Part shown: positions 18,460-27,229 of the stretch, piece by piece
Layout: each line of letters starts with the position of its first letter
How positions within the stretch are numbered: position 1 is the first letter of the stretch
From: Promethearchaeota archaeon
GTDB lineage: Archaea; Asgardarchaeota; Lokiarchaeia; Sigyniarchaeales; SOKP01
Length of the DNA: 30,482 bases
NCBI GenBank assembly: GCA_048938445.1
Contig: JBHLME010000049.1
Span: forward strand, 1 to 30,482
Direction: 5' to 3'
Program-made: the position numbers and the translations under genes
Notes under the pieces: model-generated
The model's input: the letters and a program-made list of their open reading frames with translations, nothing else
Told to the model about the DNA's origin: nothing
Databases searched by the model: none

Positions 18460-18530
18460 GGCTATGCACTATTATGTAAACTTTTATTTAAAACTTTAGT
18501 TATTATATAACGTGTATCTTGATCATGAGA

Positions 18531-19988
18531 TCAATCTAATCCAAGGAAACCTCTCATGCTAGGATATTGCATGGCTGCCACCTCCTTGGAAATTGTCTCT
18601 GCGTACTGATGAACAATTCCAATTGCGATTAGTAACCCTGTACCACTCGTTAACGCACCTAAGCTGTCAGCAGTGAAACTTAATATTGCAATTATAATAC
18701 CGTTAAGCACGATGAGAGTTGGTATATAACGCTTTAATATTTTCTCTATTATTTTTTCAGAGCGCCGAAATCCAGGTACTTGCATCCCGGAATCAATAAT
18801 TTGCTGAGATACTTCTTTAGGACCGATACCCGATACGCTCACCCAAACTCTCCCAAGACCAATGCAAAGAAGGATGAATACGCTAAGATACACTATAGCC
18901 CTAAGAGGATCAGCGAATAGTGCGTCCAAACCATTCGGTGGAGAAAGAAAATAGATTAAACCTTTTATAGGGACTAGACGTGCTGTACTTCCTGTTCCTT
19001 GTACTTCAAATTGCCCTATTAAATTTAGCCAAAACGGATCAATTGCTCCCCCACGTAATAAGCCATTGTCTGCAAGAAGCCATTGTCCAATAAACAAGAA
19101 GTTTGCATATAACGCATTGACTAATATGACGGGAATATTTGATACATAAAGTAATTTCATCGGATATTTTCCCTTGAATCCACGATATCCCGCATACTGA
19201 AGCGGTATCTCGACTTTAGTGGATTCGAACCAAATCACGAAGAGGAATATGATAAAGGTAGTAATTAAACCTAATATATTCGGATAGTCTGGACGAATGA
19301 GAATATCCGTGAAATTTGTGTTTGGATCATTATCGATAAAAACTGAAACCATCGCTATTACGATCCCTTGAGGAATACCCTCTTGTACCTCGATAAAATT
19401 AAATAAATTCCAAAATATTTGGCCAGCCACTCCTGCTGCAATGAATAAAGATACACCGCTACCAAGCCCCCACCCTTTTTGAAGAATCTCATCTAATAAG
19501 ATTATTACAAGACCAGACAACATCAACTGCATGAATATGATTATACCATCTTGGAAAGTTAATTCTCCAAATTGTCCTCCAATGAGATACATTATGGCAG
19601 TAAGGATCGTCATGAACAATGACATGACTTTCTGTGCGCCACTAAACATTGATCTATCATAAGGATCGCTCATATCGACTTTAATCAGTTTAGCACCTAA
19701 GACGAGTTGCATGATAAGTCCTGCCGTGACGATTGGACCTATGCCCAGTTCAGTCAACTTTCCTCTATTACTAGCTAAGATGATTCTCATCCAATATACC
19801 GGATCACTACCAACGATAATAGGGCCAGAGGGTTTATAAAGATCTATATTTGACATGATAATATAGATCACTAAGACCAAGGCGGTCCAAATAAGTTTTT
19901 CCTTGAAAGACACTTCTCTCTGAGGTTGCTTAACCTCTGGCATTATTCGTACAAACGGTGCAAAGAATCTTATGAATTTTCCAGCCAT
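18531..19988 (-). CDS. secY: protein translocase subunit SecY (Sec61 alpha)
   Basis: Motifs PEV..P.R.V.FKEKL.WT, ELGIGPIVTAGLIMQL, KGWGLGSGVSLFIA, YPMKLLYVSNIPVIL and SGTGLLI. Confidence 0.97.
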   Translation of the reverse strand: MAGKFIRFFAPFVRIMPEVKQPQREVSFKEKLIWTALVLVIYIIMSNIDLYKPSGPIIVGSDPVYWMRIILASNRGKLTELGIGPIVTAGLIMQLVLGAKLIKVDMSDPYDRSMFSGAQKVMSLFMTILTAIMYLIGGQFGELTFQDGIIIFMQLMLSGLVIILLDEILQKGWGLGSGVSLFIAAGVAGQIFWNLFNFIEVQEGIPQGIVIAMVSVFIDNDPNTNFTDILIRPDYPNILGLITTFIIFLFVIWFESTKVEIPLQYAGYRGFKGKYPMKLLYVSNIPVILVNALYANFLFIGQWLLADNGLLRGGAIDPFWLNLIGQFEVQGTGSTARLVPIKGLIYFLSPPNGLDALFADPLRAIVYLSVFILLCIGLGRVWVSVSGIGPKEVSQQIIDSGMQVPGFRRSEKIIEKILKRYIPTLIVLNGIIIAILSFTADSLGALTSGTGLLIAIGIVHQYAETISKEVAAMQYPSMRGFLGLD

Positions 19989-20245
19989 GTTAATTCGAGA
20001 TAATATTTATTTCTGTAAAAATTTACGTGTATTAAATTTGCTTTTTTAATGTAAGTGAAAAAAACATGAATTTAAAAAAAACTTTTTGATCTATAAAGGG
20101 CAATTTTCTTAATTGTCTTTCATAATACTTTTAAAATTAGTAAAAATGACATTCTCATTTCGAATAATTGTTGTTTAATTAAAAAGTAAAAAATAAAAAA
20201 ATAAAATATTAGGCTATGAGATTAGTAATAATTCGAACAACTGAG

Positions 20246-20551
20246 TTAGAATAAACTACCAATCCCCGTGGGTTCCTCTTCTTCTTCTTCTTCCTCTTCT
20301 TCCTTTTTAGCAGGTGCTTTTTCTTTAGCAGGGGCTCCAGCTGTAGCAGCAATGGGTGCAGCCATAACAGGAGCAGCAGCAGCAGAGGCTATGATCTCAT
20401 CAATATCTTTTCCCTTTAAACCCGCGATTAATTTCGTGATTTGAGTTTTATCGACATCAACATCAACAGCCTTTAACACCTTTTCGATGTTTGCTTCTGT
20501 AATTTTTTTAGAAGCCTTATGAAGCAAGAGGGCAGCATAAATACTCTCCAT
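20246..20551 (-). CDS. rpl12: ribosomal stalk protein P1 (archaeal L12)
   Basis: IYAALLLH, Ala-rich hinge, acidic tail and GIGSLF end. Confidence 0.96.
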   Translation of the reverse strand: MESIYAALLLHKASKKITEANIEKVLKAVDVDVDKTQITKLIAGLKGKDIDEIIASAAAAPVMAAPIAATAGAPAKEKAPAKKEEEEEEEEEEPTGIGSLF

Positions 20552-20631
20552 TTTGTTTACCTCGATTTTTATTAATTGTTTTGATTAATATTTAAAATTT
20601 TCATATATTTTTACAAAAAATTATTTAATTA

Positions 20632-21615
20632 TTAGAATAAACTTCCAATACCGACACTATCCTCATCATCTTCGTCATCATCTTTTCCTTTTTTAGGTTT
20701 TTTATCCTTAGATTCTATTTTCTCCGCTTTGCTAGATGATTCAATTCCAAAAATACTTGCTTTGAGAGCATTTGCATTTTGTTCTGCTTTTCGGAGATAA
20801 TCTTCTAACATTCTTTCATCTATGAAAGGCATTTCGAATAATAATGCGATTGCTTCTCTATATGCTTTTTGAATTAAGATATCTACCGTTGCCTCATCAA
20901 TGACACCCACTTCTAATGCGACTTTTATTACGCTTGATTGAGCAGATATGATATCCTGTATGAGAGCATCAATGTCCATGTAAATTACGTCCTTAGGGAT
21001 TATCTCTCCATCGCTCCAGGCGAAATCAATCTTTATCAATGATTCTAGGGGAGTTATTCCTAATTTTTTTAGAACACCTGCTTGTTTTACTGTCACCACA
21101 TCCCCCGCTTTATGCGTTCTTGTGTCTTCTCTTACCCAGATGGTATCATTTTGAATACGTGTGGGTAATCGTAAAGTCATGTTTAATTCGGATATTACTT
21201 GACCAGTGGGTAATCCAGTATCTCCAGCAGGAACCCAAATATCTACGGGTGTGACTTCTCCTGGTTTTGCAGGAACCATCCATTTATTTTCTTGGAAAAT
21301 TTTATTTAATTCAAAAGCATCCATGTTGGAAAATACAAAACTTGATTGAGCAGGTATGTTCTTCATTAATTCATCTAAATTTGGCTTTTTTGATTCTTTT
21401 TTAAATTTCTCGATAGCAAAGGTCTGCAAGGACTTCTTAGACATTCTCACGACGGCATTTCCCCTTAATTTTTTCCGAACGTCCTGAATTTGTCTATCAT
21501 TGATACCTGCAATATCTATAATAGCAATATTTTTGTACTTTTTAAACAAGTCAACCAAGTAATCAACTTCATCACGTTTCCATTGTTGTATCTCTTTTTT
21601 CTGTATCATCTTCAT
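20632..21615 (-). CDS. rplP0: ribosomal protein uL10 / P0
   Basis: WK..EV, PAKPG..P.DI.VPAGDTGL..G, LKKLGI.P and an acidic GIGSLF tail. Confidence 0.96.
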   Translation of the reverse strand: MKMIQKKEIQQWKRDEVDYLVDLFKKYKNIAIIDIAGINDRQIQDVRKKLRGNAVVRMSKKSLQTFAIEKFKKESKKPNLDELMKNIPAQSSFVFSNMDAFELNKIFQENKWMVPAKPGEVTPVDIWVPAGDTGLPTGQVISELNMTLRLPTRIQNDTIWVREDTRTHKAGDVVTVKQAGVLKKLGITPLESLIKIDFAWSDGEIIPKDVIYMDIDALIQDIISAQSSVIKVALEVGVIDEATVDILIQKAYREAIALLFEMPFIDERMLEDYLRKAEQNANALKASIFGIESSSKAEKIESKDKKPKKGKDDDEDDEDSVGIGSLF

Positions 21616-22319
21616 GTACCTCCGAGTTTTACTGGTTGACCCATGGTTGTTTTGATATAAATTGATTTGAAGTTGTTATATCTATGTGGCATGAGATCTG
21701 CAATAAAATCTACTATAGCTTTCATGTTGGCAAAAAGTTTATCAGATTCCATTGATTTTTTACCTATTTTTACTTGAACGATTGGCTGTTTCTTAACTGC
21801 TACTCGAATAACTTTTTTATATCTGTCTATTGCTGTATTAAGATCATCTACAGTTGATATGATTCCATACCCTGAGGGAAATGGTTTTGGCATTTTTCCA
21901 ACGGGACCTAGAAATCTTGCTAAATAACGGGCAACATCCCTCATCATCTTGTCTTCCACGACAAAATAATCATATTTTTTAACAAAATTCTTTTTATATT
22001 TCTTTTCTTCACCATTTAACTTGATTAATCCATCTGAATCAATCGTATCAATGCCCTTCTTCTTTGCTTCCAATAATATTTCATCTGAAGCAATTACGCA
22101 AATATTTGGTAATTTTTGTGTAATTATGTCATTAGGTAGGATTAATTCCTTGTCGATGCGCTGTTTTGGATCGTTTAAATTGATATCTTTAAGATTTATG
22201 ATAAAATCAACAGTCTCATCAAATTTACGGACCTTATCCTTTTTTTTATCCATTTTTATCACTGATTTATCGATTGCATCGTTTAATGACTTCTTTAATT
22301 CTTTATCTTCAACCTTCAC
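21612..22319 (-). CDS. rpl1: ribosomal protein uL1
   Basis: RKFDETVDFIINLKDI, LGPVGKMPKP and IYIKTTMG.PVK. Confidence 0.96.
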   Translation of the reverse strand: MKVEDKELKKSLNDAIDKSVIKMDKKKDKVRKFDETVDFIINLKDINLNDPKQRIDKELILPNDIITQKLPNICVIASDEILLEAKKKGIDTIDSDGLIKLNGEEKKYKKNFVKKYDYFVVEDKMMRDVARYLARFLGPVGKMPKPFPSGYGIISTVDDLNTAIDRYKKVIRVAVKKQPIVQVKIGKKSMESDKLFANMKAIVDFIADLMPHRYNNFKSIYIKTTMGQPVKLGGT

Positions 22320-22322
22320 GTT

Positions 22323-22820
22323 TTATGCCTCCTCCTTGATAATGTTATCAAATTCTCCGTTATCAATTGCTTTTTGAACAACTATTGGATTTCTTCCCTC
22401 TACAGTTGCTCCAATTGATAAAGCTGTACCTATTACTGTTTTTACACATGATTTAAATGTTTTATCCAAAAAAATATCTCTTTTTGCTTTAGCTACGGTT
22501 ATGATTTGTTTCATGGATAAATTACCTATTATTTCCTCTCCTGGACTTTTTGAACCAATCTCTGCTCCTAATTCTTTTAAAAGTAAACTTGCCGTACTTG
22601 GAGTTTCTACGAAAATTTCGAATAGTTTAGTTTCTGGATCGCACAAAATACGAACAGGTACCGTTAGTCCCTTGAATATCATTGTTTTCTCATTAACTTT
22701 ATCAACGACATCTTTAATATTAATACCTGTTGGTCCTACAGCAGGCCCGATTGGGGGCCCCCCGCTGGCTGCTCCTCCAGTGACTAAAGCTTTGACAACA
22801 ATTTTTCCTTTTTCACTCAT
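22323..22820 (-). CDS. rpl11: ribosomal protein uL11
   Basis: GGAASGGPPIGPAVGPTG, P.TASLL.KELG and GTALSIGATVEG. The ATG at 22820 is the likely start. Confidence 0.96.
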   Translation of the reverse strand: MSEKGKIVVKALVTGGAASGGPPIGPAVGPTGINIKDVVDKVNEKTMIFKGLTVPVRILCDPETKLFEIFVETPSTASLLLKELGAEIGSKSPGEEIIGNLSMKQIITVAKAKRDIFLDKTFKSCVKTVIGTALSIGATVEGRNPIVVQKAIDNGEFDNIIKEEA

Positions 22821-22860
22821 GTTGATCAAATTTTTTTAATTTAAATATCGTTAAAAAGAA

Positions 22861-22961
22861 TTTTAGACTAGGAGAAGTAGATCATTCACATATCGTGAAT
22901 CAATTGCTTCATTTCAATATCTAAGTCTATTGAAACCGTCTCAGACGTCCTAAGTCTAAAA
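22861..22961 (-). promoter_or_regulatory. structured multi-branch RNA in the putative 5' leader of the rpl11-rpl1-rplP0-rpl12 operon
   Basis: Closing stem TTTTAGACT-TAGGA/TCCTA-GTCTAAAA encloses the hairpins CGTC/GACG, TTTCAATA/TATTGAAA and GAAG..ATTCAC/GTGAAT..CTTC. Confidence 0.6.
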
Positions 22962-23095
22962 TAATTTTTAACTTAGTAATTATTGAAAAGAATGCTAACT
23001 AAAAAAATTTATTAAAAATTTCAAAAAAAAAAAATTTTTTATCTCTTACGTTCCAAATTATAGGTTGCTTCTTAAAAGCTAAGATTGTGAAAGTG

Positions 23096-23287
23096 TTACC
23101 CTCTACAACATAATCGTCTTCCTTGGTCGAGATCATATTTACAATATTCCTCAGATAAAATTTTCATTAAAGTATCGTGATCTATATGAAGTTTTTTGGT
23201 GATATCTTCGATTTCTAATCCTGGAGTAGAAATTAATTGAAAAATCTTAAGTTTTAAATCTTCAGAAATTCTATTGCTTTCACTCAT
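23096..23287 (-). CDS. small hypothetical protein (HTH-like, C-terminal CCRG)
   Basis: 63-aa ATG ORF in an otherwise empty gap, with a 'PGLEIEDITKKLHIDHDTLMKILS' HTH-like pattern. Confidence 0.6.
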   Translation of the reverse strand: MSESNRISEDLKLKIFQLISTPGLEIEDITKKLHIDHDTLMKILSEEYCKYDLDQGRRLCCRG

Positions 23288-23425
23288 TTCTAAGAATAAT
23301 ATGGGTTAAAAGCTAAAAAATCTTGAGATAATATATAGAAATCATCTAGAATCTTCCTTGCTATTATTATTTATTTCTTAGAAGATGGATCCAATCTATT
23401 AATTTTTATAAGTAGATTTTTATCT

Positions 23426-24484
23426 TTAACCTTTTCTCTTGCCATCTAATATTGCTTTTCCTAATTCAAGAACTCTATTAAACGGTTCTTCGCCATCTTT
23501 TCTTAATTCAAGAGTTATTGCATCTTCTGGACATTCACTAGCACATAAACCACAACCTACGCATAGATCTCTGTTTACAATAGCGATATCTTCTAATGTG
23601 ATTGCTTCAACTGGGCATCGTTCCACACATTTACCACAACCTACACACGACTCTTGGTCAATGATAGATTCGAATATGGCATTCAGGTATTTATGTTTAC
23701 CAAGGCCTTTTTTAGTGATTCCTTTCATGGAAGCACAACAGCAAGGACAACAGTTGCAAATGTTTGATAAATGCTTAGAATTAACTGAAGCATGAATCAA
23801 TCCCGCATTATCGGCTTCTTCAATAATTTGTATGGCTTCTTCAGGAGTTATTTGCCTACCAACTCCATTTTCAATGTAATAATCAGCTGCGGCGCCAAAA
23901 GATAAACAATTATTTATGGGATGATTACATCCCTCGCCCGTTAGTTTAGCTTCTTTTCGGCATATACAATCATATACTGCTATTTTTCGGGCATTTTTAA
24001 TACTCTCTTTTAACTTATGATATGGATAAAGAACTGTATTTATTTCTATTGTTTCCTCAACAGGAAGGACCTTGAATCCTGGAACGTTGCTAGCACCCAT
24101 TTCCTCCATCATTGCATCATCATAATATTCTTTAAACATTTTTGCAAGTTCTTCGTCGATTTTATTAACTGAATACTCATATAGACCAATCATAAAGGGC
24201 GCAGAATTGTAAAGTGTATTACCTCCTCTACGAACTCGGAAAATTAGCCCATTTTTTGACATTGAATCGAGTATTTCCTCTGCTTCCTTTCTATCCAATC
24301 CTGCTCTTCGTGCAATTCGGGAAACTTTATCTGGAATAGGTGTTAGAAATACTGCTATTTCTGCTTCTCGTTCCGTAAAAAGCCTTTTTAAAATCTTGAT
24401 TTCTATTCCACTTTTCGTTTTAGGGAATCCTATGGGAAAGTGATCTAAAAATTCTCTTAACCTTAAGTAAGTTTCTTCAGACAT
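23426..24484 (-). CDS. 4Fe-4S dicluster-binding protein with N-terminal winged-helix-like domain
   Basis: CICR, CNCCPCCC and two ferredoxin motifs (CVGCGKCVERCP, CVGCGLCASECP). Confidence 0.88.
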   Translation of the reverse strand: MSEETYLRLREFLDHFPIGFPKTKSGIEIKILKRLFTEREAEIAVFLTPIPDKVSRIARRAGLDRKEAEEILDSMSKNGLIFRVRRGGNTLYNSAPFMIGLYEYSVNKIDEELAKMFKEYYDDAMMEEMGASNVPGFKVLPVEETIEINTVLYPYHKLKESIKNARKIAVYDCICRKEAKLTGEGCNHPINNCLSFGAAADYYIENGVGRQITPEEAIQIIEEADNAGLIHASVNSKHLSNICNCCPCCCASMKGITKKGLGKHKYLNAIFESIIDQESCVGCGKCVERCPVEAITLEDIAIVNRDLCVGCGLCASECPEDAITLELRKDGEEPFNRVLELGKAILDGKRKG

Positions 24485-24583
24485 GTTATCTTACCTTGAA
24501 GATTATTATAAACAATAATTAAGAATTTAATATATGTAAAATATCTTGCTAAAAGTGATTGTGGAAATTTGCAGAGTAAATAT

Positions 24584-25261
24584 TCACCCTTCTTCTAAGA
24601 TTACCTTGTTTGTTAGTGTTCCAATTTTTTCAATTGTCCCCTCAATAACATCTCCTGGATGAATAGGTCCTATTCCACTTGGTGTACCAGTAGCAATTAT
24701 ATCTCCAGGTTCTAATGTAAAAAATCGTGAAATATATTCCACTAGAAAGGGAATTCTAAATAAGAGATGTTTTGTATTTGATGATTGTTTAATGATGCCA
24801 TTCACTTTTAGTTCTATGTCAAGATCATGAGGATCACTTATATCTTTATGACTTATAATCCTTGGTCCAATAGCTCCGAAAGTATCAAATGATTTTGACC
24901 TAAACCAAGGTAATTGAGAAACTATATCTCTTGTTTGCATTTTTCGTGCTGTGATATCATTAAAAACAGTATATCCTAAGATATGTTCAAATGCGTCCTT
25001 TTTAGGAATATTTTTACATTTATCTTTTATGATAAAGGCTAATTCTACTTCATAATCTACCCGATTGTTTTTTCTATCATTATAAAGGATTTTTGGATAT
25101 ATTATTGGCTCTTCATTTGTAATTAGGCAGTTCAAGGTTTTGCAAAAAAGCACTGGTTCTTTCGGTGTTTTTGTTTTAGTTTCTTCTACATGATCCAAGT
25201 AATTAAATCCTAAACAAATTATTTTAGTTGGATATATTGTAATATCTCCAATTTTAATCAT
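24584..25261 (-). CDS. fumarylacetoacetate hydrolase family protein
   Basis: Motifs KIICLGFNY.DH..E, DYEVEL, NDITAR, KSFDTF and PGDIIATGTPSG. Confidence 0.94.
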   Translation of the reverse strand: MIKIGDITIYPTKIICLGFNYLDHVEETKTKTPKEPVLFCKTLNCLITNEEPIIYPKILYNDRKNNRVDYEVELAFIIKDKCKNIPKKDAFEHILGYTVFNDITARKMQTRDIVSQLPWFRSKSFDTFGAIGPRIISHKDISDPHDLDIELKVNGIIKQSSNTKHLLFRIPFLVEYISRFFTLEPGDIIATGTPSGIGPIHPGDVIEGTIEKIGTLTNKVILEEG

Positions 25262-25367
25262 AATGTATAATCCTCTTAGTATGATTTAGAGATATTATGT
25301 TCAATAGCAATTAAATTTTTATTACTTATAAGACTACAAAAGTTATAATAAAAGAAAGGATTATGAA

Positions 25368-26150
25368 ATGTTAGACGAAACTATTATAACAAGAGCAATA
25401 ATTGAATCATATACAAAAGAGTTTATTAATTACTTAAAATCAGATGTAATAATTGCTGGTGCTGGTCCAGCAGGTTTAGTTGCATCCAAATTTTTAGCAG
25501 AGGCGGGCTTAAAAACAATAATATTTGAACGTAAATTGTCGTTTGGTGGTGGAATGCTGGGTGGGGGGATTATGTTCAACAAAATAGTGGTCCAAGATGA
25601 AGCAAAAAGGATTTTAGATTTATATAATATAAAAAGTAATGAATATGAACCCAATTATCATGTCGCTGATGCAGTAGAATCCGTTGCTAAATTAACATCT
25701 GGAGCTGTTGATGCAGGTGTGAAGATATTTAATTTATTATCTGTTGAAGATGTAAAAATTAACCAAGATAATCATGTAACCGGTGTTGTCATAAATTGGA
25801 CCGCAGTTGAAATGGCAAAATTACACATCGATCCAGTTACGTTTGAATCTAAATGTGTTGTTGATGCAACAGGGCATAATATTGAGGTTATAAGGACTGT
25901 TCTTAAAAAAATTCCAGGTGCTAAATTAAATACACCTACAGGTGAAATTATTGGAGAACTACCCATGCATGCGGAAATTGGTGAGAAAATATTAATTGAA
26001 ACCACAAAAGAAATTTATCCTGGATTGTATGTTGCTGGAATGGCTGCAAATGCTTGTTCAGGAGGACAGCGTATGGGACCAATTTTTGGTGGAATGCTCC
26101 TTTCTGGTGAAAAAGTAGCTCAGCTTATAATTGAAAAACTTAAAAAATAA
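25368..26150 (+). CDS. thi4: sulfide-dependent adenosine diphosphate thiazole synthase
   Basis: Motifs GAGPAGL, GGGMLGGG.MF, LHIDP, DATGH and RMGPIFGGMLLSG. Confidence 0.95.
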   Translation: MLDETIITRAIIESYTKEFINYLKSDVIIAGAGPAGLVASKFLAEAGLKTIIFERKLSFGGGMLGGGIMFNKIVVQDEAKRILDLYNIKSNEYEPNYHVADAVESVAKLTSGAVDAGVKIFNLLSVEDVKINQDNHVTGVVINWTAVEMAKLHIDPVTFESKCVVDATGHNIEVIRTVLKKIPGAKLNTPTGEIIGELPMHAEIGEKILIETTKEIYPGLYVAGMAANACSGGQRMGPIFGGMLLSGEKVAQLIIEKLKK

Positions 26151-26170
26151 ATACTATATAGAAGTTATTA

Positions 26171-26488
26171 TTATTTTTTCCCCGCTAATTCACTTCTCAA
26201 GATATCACCAAAAATATCGCTGGCATTTTTAATATAATCTTCTTCCTCTTCAAAAAAAATATCAAAAGGCTTCTTTTGATGAGAGAGTGTTAACAAGAGA
26301 ATTAGTTGATTTGAGATCAAATTAAAATGTTCTCTCGAATTCTTATGTTGGTATAAATTTTCAATCAGTTTAGAAATTAATTGAAATTTCTTTTTTTGAA
26401 GATCTTTCTCATTTTGCTTGTTTAATTTATTTATATCATTTTCAATAAATTCATAGAAATATTCTTCTTCATTAAACATGGCCATCAT
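26171..26488 (-). CDS. hypothetical protein
   Basis: ~105-aa ORF convergent with thi4. The start is uncertain. Confidence 0.6.
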   Translation of the reverse strand: MMAMFNEEEYFYEFIENDINKLNKQNEKDLQKKKFQLISKLIENLYQHKNSREHFNLISNQLILLLTLSHQKKPFDIFFEEEEDYIKNASDIFGDILRSELAGKK

Positions 26489-26671
26489 TTTCAATCAAAC
26501 TACGATCTTACTATTGAATTTTCTAAAGTTTAAATAATAATTGTGTTGAGTGTAATACGATTTGTAAATTGTAGTGATATGTGGATAGCATGGTCAAATA
26601 TCAAAAACAATAAATTGCATGAGAATTTTTATCATTTATCTTAATTTAATACTTTAGAAGTAGAAAAAGAA

Positions 26672-27103
26672 ATGGGGCTTACTAGAACATTTGTCATGAT
26701 AAAACCAGATGGAGTGAGAAGAAATCTTGTTGGAAAAATCATTGGTCGATTTGAAGAAGCAGGAATAAAGTTGATTACTATGCAGATGCTTAGTGTATCA
26801 CGAAAGATGGCTGAAAAGCATTATGCCGAACATGAAGGGAAAGAATTTTACAAAAGACTTTTAAATTTCATAACATCAGGCCCCTCTATTGCAATGGTTC
26901 TTGAGGGAAGTAATGTAGTTCCTGAAGTAAGAAAGATGGTTGGAGCAACGAATCCTGCAGAAGCGGAGTCTGGAACCATTAGAGGTGATTTTAGAGAAGA
27001 ACCCCTCAAATCAACCACCGAAAATATGATCCACGCTTCAGATTCTGACCAATCAGCGAATAGAGAAATAAAATTATTTTTTGGTAAGAATTACCTCTTA
27101 TAA
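26672..27103 (+). CDS. ndk: nucleoside diphosphate kinase
   Basis: TFVMIKPDGV, GATNP..A..GTIRGDF and NMIHASDS. Confidence 0.97.
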   Translation: MGLTRTFVMIKPDGVRRNLVGKIIGRFEEAGIKLITMQMLSVSRKMAEKHYAEHEGKEFYKRLLNFITSGPSIAMVLEGSNVVPEVRKMVGATNPAEAESGTIRGDFREEPLKSTTENMIHASDSDQSANREIKLFFGKNYLL

Positions 27104-27229
27104 ATTAATTTGATCTATATTATTTAACAAACCTTATAATAAGTCCTCTCATAAGTAACTATTATATAAAAATTTATAAGAGATTCTGAAATAAACATTT
27201 CATTTAAATGTGAATCAAGGAAAAGTAAA

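Noticed and set aside
20270-20305. (GAA)n repeat
   Set aside because: Encodes the ordinary acidic tail of stalk protein P1.
22876-22912. SECIS or kink-turn reading of the TGA..TGA hairpin in the rpl11 leader
   Set aside because: The tandem G-A register does not fit with the adjacent stem, and the upstream gene has no in-frame TGA.
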